UHGV virus genome: UHGV-0108017
From: a virus
DNA: 25,586 nucleotides
Reading direction: 5' to 3' (one strand)
Shown: positions 1 to 6,994 of the stretch, piece by piece
How positions within the stretch are numbered: the first letter of the stretch is position 1
Layout: each line of letters starts with the position of its first letter
Made by a program: the position numbers and the translations under genes
The notes under the pieces: generated by a model
Seen by the model: the letters and a program-made list of their open reading frames with translations, nothing else
Database searches by the model: none
What the model was told of the DNA's origin: nothing

Positions 1-54
1 CATATTGGTCATAGCGCTATCCTTCACGGCTGCATTATATAAAGAGGTAAATCA

Positions 55-67
55 TTTGATACTGCTG
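55..67 (+). repeat. left-end repeat copy 1 (TTTGATACTGCTG), candidate transposase-binding site L1
   Basis: 13-bp motif recurs at 159-171 and 201-213 in direct orientation; followed by AAAAATCCGGG, reminiscent of the Mu L1 region as recalled. Confidence 0.5.
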
Positions 68-158
68 AAAAATCCGGGAGGAAAGTGGATCAAACGGGAT
101 TTGATGGGATAAAACAAACAGTTATGACGTAAAACAGTGTTATGCGCACAACATGTGA

Positions 159-171
159 TTTGATACTACTG
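159..171 (+). repeat. left-end repeat copy 2 (TTTGATACTACTG), candidate transposase-binding site L2
   Basis: Exact 13-mer shared with 201-213; 104 bp from copy 1, close to the Mu L1-L2 spacing as recalled. Confidence 0.5.
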
Positions 172-200
172 TCGCAAAGAAAGCTAAAAACGAAAAAATA

Positions 201-213
201 TTTGATACTACTG
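201..213 (+). repeat. left-end repeat copy 3 (TTTGATACTACTG), candidate transposase-binding site L3
   Basis: Exact 13-mer identical to copy 2; 42 bp downstream of it, close to the Mu L2-L3 spacing as recalled. Confidence 0.5.
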
Positions 214-239
214 ATTTCTGCGATTTTAACGTTTTAAAC

Positions 240-281
240 AGGTTAAAAAACCAGCCGCGGGCTATTGGAATTAGCCCGCCT
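240..281 (-). terminator. putative rho-independent terminator of the repressor transcript
   Basis: 8-bp stem GCGGGCTA (257-264) / TAGCCCGC (272-279) with 7-nt loop; on the minus-strand RNA the hairpin is followed by a UUUUUU run (plus-strand A-run 245-250). Stem overlaps the stop codon at 271-273. Confidence 0.45.
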
Positions 282-855
282 TCGATTCTAAACTACTTGA
301 GAGTTTATCGCTTTCAATTTCTGCCAAAATCTCTCTAACTCTTTCATCCGATAAATGATCTAAAAGTAGAGCTGCTGCACGTTTTCGTCCTTCAAGTTGG
401 ATTAGTTCTTGATTCTCTGGTTCAAGTAACCGTGACAAGTACTTAGCTCCATTTAGCGCGAGGATTTTTGATAATCGCTCTGCCTCTGATGCTTCTAAAG
501 CACTTAGTATAGCAAGAAGGCGCTGTAGCGTTATATCTAGGGGCAATTGGACGTTTTCATCTATTTTAGGTGATATTGGTTCTATATCCTCCTTGCCAAA
601 AACAAGCCAATCAATGCTCACCCCTTCTGCAAAAGCAATCTGACCAGCTACTTGTAGAGATGGTGTCGCATCTTTCTCAAAGTAGTTGTTAAGTGTTGAG
701 AACGGTAGCCCCCACGCCTTCGCCACGGCAGTCTTGGAGCGCCCGCGCATTAACATGGCTAGGCGCTCTTTAATGCTTTCTTTTTGAAACACAGGAAAAG
801 AAAAATCACTTTCTTTTTCAGTGCTTCTTTCTTTTCTGTTAACTATATGATTCAT
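271..855 (-). CDS. prophage repressor (Mu c-like by position), HTH DNA-binding protein
   Basis: Only leftward gene, divergent from ner at the left end. Start taken at ATG 853-855 (MNHIVNRKER...); the ORF-track start at 906 is a GTG. HTH-like segment SKTAVAKAWGLPFSTLNNYF. GC much lower than the rest of the window. Confidence 0.6.
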   Translation of the reverse strand: MNHIVNRKERSTEKESDFSFPVFQKESIKERLAMLMRGRSKTAVAKAWGLPFSTLNNYFEKDATPSLQVAGQIAFAEGVSIDWLVFGKEDIEPISPKIDENVQLPLDITLQRLLAILSALEASEAERLSKILALNGAKYLSRLLEPENQELIQLEGRKRAAALLLDHLSDERVREILAEIESDKLSSSLESKAG

Positions 856-995
856 AAAGAAATATCCTTTTGTAGATAAAAACCACCAAAGAAAGAGATA
901 AAACACCTTTACTTTTCTTTTGTAGTGATCAAATATTTATATGTAGAGATTATCCGGCGGTGTTATCCGCGCAGATAACTTTTAAGGATAAACGA
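856..995. promoter_or_regulatory. divergent early promoter / operator region between repressor and ner
   Basis: Repeated TGTAG(A/T)GAT motifs (871-879, 921-929, 942-950), 18-bp near-palindrome GTTATCCGCGCAGATAAC (962-979), IHF-like GATCAAATATTTA (927-939). Confidence 0.55.
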
Positions 996-1232
996 ATGAT
1001 GTCTATAAATGAAGTTGTTAAACAGGACTGGCACCCCGCGCATGTTGTCGCGGCGGTGCATGTAAAAGGTTTTACTTTACGCTCTCTGTCCATTGAAGCC
1101 GGTTTAAACCAGGATTCTTTAAAGAATGCCCTGTACCGCAAATGCCCAAAATATGAGCGCATTATTGCTGATGCTATTGGTGTTGCTCCGGAGGAGATCT
1201 GGCCCAGCCGTTACGCTCGTAAGGTGGTATAA
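996..1232 (+). CDS. ner: Ner-like DNA-binding early regulator
   Basis: ATG 996 with AAGGA 8 nt upstream. Recognisable Ner/Nlp signature (DWHPAHVVAA...GFTLRSLS...IIADAIGVAPEEIWPSRY). Stop overlaps the RBS of A. Confidence 0.8.
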   Translation: MMSINEVVKQDWHPAHVVAAVHVKGFTLRSLSIEAGLNQDSLKNALYRKCPKYERIIADAIGVAPEEIWPSRYARKVV

Positions 1233-1234
1233 AA

Positions 1235-3322
1235 ATGTTTGTATCAGTTAATGAGCTTGTAGGGCTACCAGGTATGCCGGGAACTGCGCAAGGGGTGCGG
1301 TATTCCATAAGGAAACTGGCCTCATCTGAGCATTTCAGGCGCAAACGTGCGGGTTCAAAAACCATTGAATACAGCATCGACTGCCTCCCTCCGATTACAC
1401 AACGGGCGTTACGTGAGCGACATGTAGCTCAACTGATGGCAAGCGCCCCGCAGGAGATAACTACCCAGCCTCCTGTAAAGCGTGAACGCAAACAAAATGT
1501 TGTACAGCCTGTTGAGGCATATCGCGGTTCGCCACAATTGGTAGAAGAGCGTCTGAATGCGCTTACGGAAAATCAACGTAAAGTTGCAGAAGCGCGCATT
1601 GCTCTTGTCTGTGAAGTTCTACGAATTAGCCAGGAGCCGGGATTCAGTTGTGCCAGCGCTATACGTTTTATTGTGTCGCGGTTAGCACAGGGTAACCTGG
1701 AAGAACGCCTGGAATCTTTGGTCATTACTGCTAATGCCCGTAAAGGAAAAGAGCGAACTCTGAGCGCAATTACGCTCAAACGTTGGATAGCTGCGTTTAA
1801 CAAAGCACAGAATGCCGCAGAACGACTGCTGTTACTGGCACCAGGAAAGCGCGACGAAATAAAACCGGAAGAAATTAGCTGGCTGCCTGAATTTCTGGCG
1901 CAGTATCGTCAGGCTAACGGCAGGCCTATGTCTGAAGCCTATGAGGATTTTGTCGCTGATTGGCAGCGTCGCCATGCGGACGAACCATACATGCTGGAGG
2001 TGATGCCTTCCTATGATGTTGTCCGGTATGCCATGAAAAAACTGCCGGAAGTGGTGAAACAAAAAGGGCGCGTTACCGGCAGTGAATACCGTCAGCTTGA
2101 AGGATTCACCCGCCGCGACTGGACAGCTATGCCGGTGAATTATGTCTGGATTGGTGACGGTCACGGTATGAAGCTGAAATGTGCGCATCCGGTTCACGGG
2201 CGTCCATTTTCACCGGAAGTTACGTTTGTGATCGACGGTGGAACCCGGTTTGTGGTTGGCTGGAGTCTTGATCTTGCGGAGAACGTGTTCGCTGTTGCCG
2301 GGGCGATACAACACGGCATTCGCAATCATGGAAAACCATTCCTGTATTACTCGGATAATGGTTCCGGTGAAACGGCAGATATGCTGGATAAAGAGATCGT
2401 CGGGATTCTGCCCCGTCTGGGGATTAACCACCCCACCGGTATTGCGGGAAATCCGCAGGGACGCGGCATTATTGAACGCCTGAACCGAACATTACCGATG
2501 CGTATAGCCAGGAGGTATCGCACCTATTTCGGCAAGGGTGCTGACCGGGAATCGTTGCGAGTACTTAATCGTGATCTGCGTTCAGCGTTTAATGCCCTGC
2601 AACAGGACAAGCCACTGAGCGCCCGTCAGAAAGCCGCAATGCGCGAGCTGCCGTCCTGGTCAGAACTGATTGAGGCTATCCGTGAGGGGGTGGAGTGGTA
2701 CAACAACCGCCCACATTCTGAATTGCCGATGAAACCAAACGGAAAGCATTACAGCCCGGCAGAGTTCAGAAAAAAACGCTTAGCGGAAGAAGACACTGAA
2801 ATTGAGTGGCTGAGTGATCTTGAGCTGCGCGACATGTTCCGCCCGATGGTGGAGCGTCCGGTAAGACGCTGCGAAATCCAGTGGCTGAACAATATTTACT
2901 ACGCGCCAGAGCTGCGTGATGAACATGGTCGCAAAGTACTTATCAGCTATGACATTCACGATGCCGAGCGAATTACGGTACGCCGTAAGGACGGTAGCTT
3001 TATCTGTGAGGCGATATGGAACGGCAATAAACGCGCAGCCTTTCCTGTCACGGCTGAATATCACAAACAACAGCAGCGTATTAAAGGCATGCGCAAGCGT
3101 GCTGAGGAAAAAATTCGTGATGCAGAGGATGAAGGTATTCAGATTCTGGAACACAAACAGGCTGAACCCTGGCTGGATAATGTTTATCGCCCGGTTGGTA
3201 ATACGGTAACCATCCGGCAACAGGATTATGAGGAAGATTACGACGAAGATTATGAACGCGATTTCAGGCTGGGTTTGCAAAAACTTGCAGCCATACAGGA
3301 ACAGGATGATCCGCTGGCCTGA
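1235..3322 (+). CDS. A: DDE transposase (MuA-like)
   Basis: 695 aa immediately after ner. N-terminal winged-helix-like region resembling MuA; candidate catalytic residues D308 (WIGDGH), D375 (YYSDNGSGE), E414 (IIERLNR) by inspection. Confidence 0.85.
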   Translation: MFVSVNELVGLPGMPGTAQGVRYSIRKLASSEHFRRKRAGSKTIEYSIDCLPPITQRALRERHVAQLMASAPQEITTQPPVKRERKQNVVQPVEAYRGSPQLVEERLNALTENQRKVAEARIALVCEVLRISQEPGFSCASAIRFIVSRLAQGNLEERLESLVITANARKGKERTLSAITLKRWIAAFNKAQNAAERLLLLAPGKRDEIKPEEISWLPEFLAQYRQANGRPMSEAYEDFVADWQRRHADEPYMLEVMPSYDVVRYAMKKLPEVVKQKGRVTGSEYRQLEGFTRRDWTAMPVNYVWIGDGHGMKLKCAHPVHGRPFSPEVTFVIDGGTRFVVGWSLDLAENVFAVAGAIQHGIRNHGKPFLYYSDNGSGETADMLDKEIVGILPRLGINHPTGIAGNPQGRGIIERLNRTLPMRIARRYRTYFGKGADRESLRVLNRDLRSAFNALQQDKPLSARQKAAMRELPSWSELIEAIREGVEWYNNRPHSELPMKPNGKHYSPAEFRKKRLAEEDTEIEWLSDLELRDMFRPMVERPVRRCEIQWLNNIYYAPELRDEHGRKVLISYDIHDAERITVRRKDGSFICEAIWNGNKRAAFPVTAEYHKQQQRIKGMRKRAEEKIRDAEDEGIQILEHKQAEPWLDNVYRPVGNTVTIRQQDYEEDYDEDYERDFRLGLQKLAAIQEQDDPLA

Positions 3323-3323
3323 A

Positions 3324-3360
3324 TAAAAAACAGTCCGCGGGAACGGACTGTTAAGTAAAG
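3324..3360 (-). terminator. hairpin between A and B; intrinsic-terminator geometry on the minus strand only
   Basis: Perfect 8-bp stem ACAGTCCG (3330-3337) / CGGACTGT (3344-3351), 6-nt loop; preceded on + by AAAAAA, so the minus-strand RNA has hairpin then U-run. No U-tract on the + strand. Confidence 0.4.
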
Positions 3361-3394
3361 GAAACAAAGCTGATTTGAATAAACGGAGAATAAT

Positions 3395-4327
3395 ATGACC
3401 GATATTAATGATGTTTTCAACACAATTAATGCGCTGATTACTGACGGTGTAAAAACACAAAGCGCTATCGCCAAAGAAGCTGGCGTGTCGGAGGCCACTC
3501 TTTCTGAACTTCGCAAAGGCCGTTACAAAGGCGATACCGAAGGGATGCACAACAAATTACTGATGTGGCATCAGGGCTGGCAGAAAAGTCTGGAGTTGCC
3601 CGGCACCCCACAACTTGTGGAAACACAGACCCTGCGTGATTTGCGTGAACTTTTTCAGACAGTGCGTGTTATGGGGTGTATCAGCGTTCTGGTGGGTGTG
3701 CCGGGGGTAGGAAAAACCGTTGCGGCCCGTGAATACAGTAACCGCGTATCTAATACCTGGATGGTAACCCTTTCCCCTGCACACTCAACGGTGACGGAAT
3801 GTCTGCTGGAACTGGCAGACGCGCTGGGAATTGATAACCCGCAAAGGAATAAAGGCGCGCTGACCCGTGCCATTCGCAAAAAACTGAACGGTACACGCGG
3901 TCTGGTGATTGTGGATGAAGCTGACCACCTGAGCATTGACGGGCTGGAACAATTACGTGCCATTCAGGATGCCACCGGAGTCGGGATGGTATTGATTGGT
4001 AACCCCAGTCAGTTAGCCAAAGCCACACATCGGGGAACGGATGACCTTGCACGTTTGTTCAGTCGTTTCGCCAGGACAAAGCAACTACGTAAAGCCAAAA
4101 AGGCTGACGTGGTGGCAATTGCGAAAGCCTGGGGCATTGAGGGCGAAGATGAATTATCACTCATGCAGAGCATCGCGGAAAAGCCAGGCGCATTGCGTGT
4201 ATTAACTCACACGCTGAATCAGGCGTGGCTGGCAGCCAGCGGGAAAGGCGTTCCTCTGTCCAAAGGCTACATAAAAGCGGCTTTTAAAGAGGTTTACAGC
4301 AACCCGAAATTACTGAACTGGTGGTAA
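3395..4327 (+). CDS. B: transposition ATPase / target DNA activator (MuB-like, AAA+)
   Basis: 310 aa; Walker A GVPGVGKT (K107) and Walker B LVIVDEADHL seen in translation; N-terminal HTH-like region; sits directly after A as in Mu. Confidence 0.85.
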   Translation: MTDINDVFNTINALITDGVKTQSAIAKEAGVSEATLSELRKGRYKGDTEGMHNKLLMWHQGWQKSLELPGTPQLVETQTLRDLRELFQTVRVMGCISVLVGVPGVGKTVAAREYSNRVSNTWMVTLSPAHSTVTECLLELADALGIDNPQRNKGALTRAIRKKLNGTRGLVIVDEADHLSIDGLEQLRAIQDATGVGMVLIGNPSQLAKATHRGTDDLARLFSRFARTKQLRKAKKADVVAIAKAWGIEGEDELSLMQSIAEKPGALRVLTHTLNQAWLAASGKGVPLSKGYIKAAFKEVYSNPKLLNWW

Positions 4328-4341
4328 GGGGATAATAAATA

Positions 4342-4569
4342 ATGATGTCACGAAATATAAAAATGGCAACGGATGCGCAGAACTGGTTACAGGCGCGCGG
4401 GAGTCATGTAAATGAATCATATCTCGGCGTGGCGCGTCCGATTCTTGAAATCACTTACCCACCGGTGGAACTGGTAAAAAACGCGGTCAGAATTATGGAG
4501 CATAAGTCCGGGGTGGCCCGTTCTGTATGGACGGCCCGTTTTAATGGTTGCCAGATAATCTGGAGATAG
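4342..4569 (+). CDS. hypothetical early protein (at the position of kil in Mu)
   Basis: 75-aa ORF with AAGGGG RBS, immediately after B; AT-rich relative to flanking genes. No recognisable motif. Confidence 0.5.
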   Translation: MMSRNIKMATDAQNWLQARGSHVNESYLGVARPILEITYPPVELVKNAVRIMEHKSGVARSVWTARFNGCQIIWR

Positions 4570-4576
4570 CATTTAA

Positions 4577-4789
4577 ATGATGGTGATAAATATTCACGAT
4601 AATCTGGGAATCAGTAAGTTAATCAACCTTGATAATGTCAGTGTAATGGAAACGACTGTTGAGGGCGGTATTGCTTTTGAATTTATTGATGGTCACCGGC
4701 TGGTCGTTCATGTCGGCAACCATCATCACGCAGAAGATGTGTTTTGGGAACTTAACAAAATCACAAATGCAACACCCGTTAATCAATAA
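4577..4789 (+). CDS. hypothetical early protein
   Basis: 70-aa ORF, tandem ATG start, tightly packed in the early operon; AT-rich; His-rich patch HVGNHHHAED. Confidence 0.45.
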   Translation: MMVINIHDNLGISKLINLDNVSVMETTVEGGIAFEFIDGHRLVVHVGNHHHAEDVFWELNKITNATPVNQ

Positions 4790-4796
4790 GCAGGTA

Positions 4797-5072
4797 ATGA
4801 AAATGGCAAAAGTAATCTTTGAATTTAACAATACAAGAAATATTGAGTTTCAGGATAATGGAGGTTTTGCCGTAAATATGAATGTGCGACTGGAAGAATC
4901 CTCACCTGAGGACCAGACCGGGCCACATGATGTAATGGCAGGCATCATCAAGAGCATGGCTCCTGAAATCATTAAAAAAGCGACCGAGGAGTTGTTGAAA
5001 TCAGCCAGGGAGCTTGGGCTGGAAGCCGAGGGGGAATTATTCAGCTATAACCCGAATGCAGCCAGACATTAA
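4797..5072 (+). CDS. hypothetical early protein
   Basis: Start chosen at ATG 4797 (or 4803) after the stop of the previous gene; the ORF-track entry 4659 overlaps the previous gene. Acidic C-terminal half. Confidence 0.45.
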   Translation: MKMAKVIFEFNNTRNIEFQDNGGFAVNMNVRLEESSPEDQTGPHDVMAGIIKSMAPEIIKKATEELLKSARELGLEAEGELFSYNPNAARH

Positions 5073-5092
5073 TTCACAAAGGAACGCTGACA

Positions 5093-5512
5093 ATGAACGT
5101 CAAAATCCGAAATGAAATTCAGGCATTAATCCGAATTCAGGAACGCAATAACAACGGTGGTGAATTACGCGAGTTTATTTGCGCCCGAAAAGTTGATGAT
5201 TGTGGTGAAAAGACTTACCTGATTGCTTTCGACCATTACAGCATCTGTGCGCGTTATTGCGGCGAAAGCATATCCCGCGCCATTGCATTTGGCGGTGCGT
5301 TCAACGTGGATTTATGGGAGTACGTCATGGACCGGGAATACATCTGCGCATCAGACCCTGAAGCCCGTGAAATGTGGCAGCGTATCTGGCGCGATTACCG
5401 GTTAATGGCAAAAGGCTGGGCGCGCTGCTGTTATTCCTCGCTTGCCCTGAAAGCGGTTCAGTTATCGCTGCGGCATATTCCGGCATCACTGCGCGAGCCT
5501 CTGCTGTACTGA
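5093..5512 (+). CDS. hypothetical cysteine-rich early protein
   Basis: 139 aa, AAAGGA RBS; multiple Cys (CARK, DDCGEK, SICARYCGE, YICASD, ARCC); stop overlaps the next start (TGAATG). Confidence 0.5.
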   Translation: MNVKIRNEIQALIRIQERNNNGGELREFICARKVDDCGEKTYLIAFDHYSICARYCGESISRAIAFGGAFNVDLWEYVMDREYICASDPEAREMWQRIWRDYRLMAKGWARCCYSSLALKAVQLSLRHIPASLREPLLY

Positions 5513-5812
5513 ATGGTGGCTGACATGAAGTGTAATCGTAAGCGCTGGTCACGCGAAGACCGGGAATTTATCGAAGCCAACGTCGGGAAAATGACCGTTG
5601 AAGAAATGGCGGAAAAACTGAAAGTCGCCACAACCGCCCTCCGGGCACATGCCAGAAGGCACGGAATATCATTGTGTGTATACCGAATCAGTGAACACGA
5701 CAAATATTTATGTCGTGAACTTTATAAAGAAGGGCTGGATATTCATGTCATTGCCCGAAAGATGGAATTAAGCAATCGAGCTGTATCCAGCATTGTATAC
5801 AGCGGATATTAA
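5513..5812 (+). CDS. hypothetical early protein with putative HTH-like segment
   Basis: 99 aa (alternative ATG at 5525); segment WSREDREFIEANVGKMTVEEMAEKLKVATTALRAHARRHGIS looks like a small helical DNA-binding fold; translationally coupled to the upstream gene. Confidence 0.45.
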   Translation: MVADMKCNRKRWSREDREFIEANVGKMTVEEMAEKLKVATTALRAHARRHGISLCVYRISEHDKYLCRELYKEGLDIHVIARKMELSNRAVSSIVYSGY

Positions 5813-5831
5813 TTAACAGGAGCTTTAATTT

Positions 5832-6356
5832 ATGGCTAAACCAGCAAAACGCATCAAAAGTGCCGCAGCGGCTTATGTGCCACAAAACCGCGATGCGGTG
5901 ATTACCGATATTAAACGCATCGGGGATTTACAGCGCGAAGCATCACGTCTGGAAACGGAAATGAATGATGCCATCGCGGAAATTACGGAGAAATTTGCAG
6001 CCCGGATTGCACCGATTAAAACCGATATTGAAACCCTTTCAAAAGGCGTTCAGGGATGGTGTGAAGCGAACCGCGACGAACTGACGAACGGCGGCAAAGT
6101 GAAGACGGCGAATCTTGTCACCGGTGATGTATCGTGGCGGGTCCGTCCACCATCAGTAAGTATTCGTGGTATGGATGCAGTGATGGAAACGCTGGAGCGT
6201 CTTGGCCTGCAACGCTTTATTCGCACGAAGCAGGAAATCAACAAGGAGGCGATTTTACTGGAGCCAAAAGCGGTCGCAGGTGTTGCCGGAATTACGGTTA
6301 AATCGGGAATTGAAGATTTTTCCATTATTCCGTTTGAACAGGAAGCCGGTATTTAA
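5832..6356 (+). CDS. gam: Gam, host-nuclease inhibitor (Ku-like DNA end-binding protein)
   Basis: 174 aa; translation (MAKPAKRIKSAAAAYVPQNRDAVITDIKRIG...) matches Mu Gam as I recall it, essentially end to end; AGGAG RBS 9 nt upstream. Confidence 0.85.
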   Translation: MAKPAKRIKSAAAAYVPQNRDAVITDIKRIGDLQREASRLETEMNDAIAEITEKFAARIAPIKTDIETLSKGVQGWCEANRDELTNGGKVKTANLVTGDVSWRVRPPSVSIRGMDAVMETLERLGLQRFIRTKQEINKEAILLEPKAVAGVAGITVKSGIEDFSIIPFEQEAGI

Positions 6357-6398
6357 TACCACCATTAATATTTAATTAATTCACATTCTTTTAATTAT

Positions 6399-6428
6399 GG
6401 CGCGATGCGTCAGGGGATTGCTCGCGCC
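6399..6428 (+). other. GC-rich stem-loop in an AT-rich intergenic region (no U-tract)
   Basis: 7-bp stem GGCGCGA (6399-6405) / TCGCGCC (6422-6428), 16-nt loop, within the 98-bp gap between gam and the next ORF; TTAATTAA palindrome just upstream. Confidence 0.3.
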
Positions 6429-6454
6429 TGAAACATATTACAGAGGAATAAAAC

Positions 6455-6994
6455 ATGGTTGATGCAAAAATTCTGAATGGTGTCAGCACATTATTACGGG
6501 CTTACGGACGCCTGACCTGTGGAGTTCTGGCTGAAAAAATGAATATGCTGCCCTCGTCAATGGTGTATTTCCTGCGTGATGCGGTTGATGCCGGAGTGCT
6601 CACCGAATGCAACGGATTTTATGACGTACCGCGTCCCCGTACAGAGCAGCCTGTAAGACGAAACGCAACTGAGCAGCCTGCTGTTGATGATGCGGTGTGG
6701 TGCAACTGGCGTCGCTCATTACCCTGGGTGGAAGGTAATACCATCCCTGCGCTGGCAAAAGAGTTTGCGACGGGCGTGCTGACCTGTGAGTCAGTCCACA
6801 TTGTTGCTGAGGTGGATAACAGAATGTGCGAACAGGGAATGCCCCGTTTTGTGATGGCTTATATCGATATCCGGCTGGGGCGTTTTATTTGCAGTTCAAG
6901 CGCCTGGAATATCACCGACCATGTACTGCGTTATCTCATCATTGATTTTTCATCAGCACCGGGTGTGGTGCAGGAGGCTGGTTGTGAAATTTGA
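6455..6994 (+). CDS. hypothetical early protein, possible winged-helix N-terminus
   Basis: 179 aa; AGAGGA RBS 7 nt upstream; N-terminal LLRAYGRLTCGVLAEKMNMLPSSMVYFLRDAVDAGVLTE is wHTH-like by eye. Confidence 0.5.
   Translation: MVDAKILNGVSTLLRAYGRLTCGVLAEKMNMLPSSMVYFLRDAVDAGVLTECNGFYDVPRPRTEQPVRRNATEQPAVDDAVWCNWRRSLPWVEGNTIPALAKEFATGVLTCESVHIVAEVDNRMCEQGMPRFVMAYIDIRLGRFICSSSAWNITDHVLRYLIIDFSSAPGVVQEAGCEI

Noticed and set aside
2780-3550. 256-aa minus-strand ORF overlapping the 3' end of A and the start of B
   Set aside because: It lies antisense to two strongly supported coupled genes with motifs; its translation is low-complexity and hydrophobic, as expected for a chance antisense ORF.
1235-4327. 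A/B interpreted as an independent IS or transposon inside a prophage
   Set aside because: A and B sit in the canonical Mu position between ner and the early accessory genes, with attL-type repeats at the window start and no flanking inverted repeats around A/B alone.
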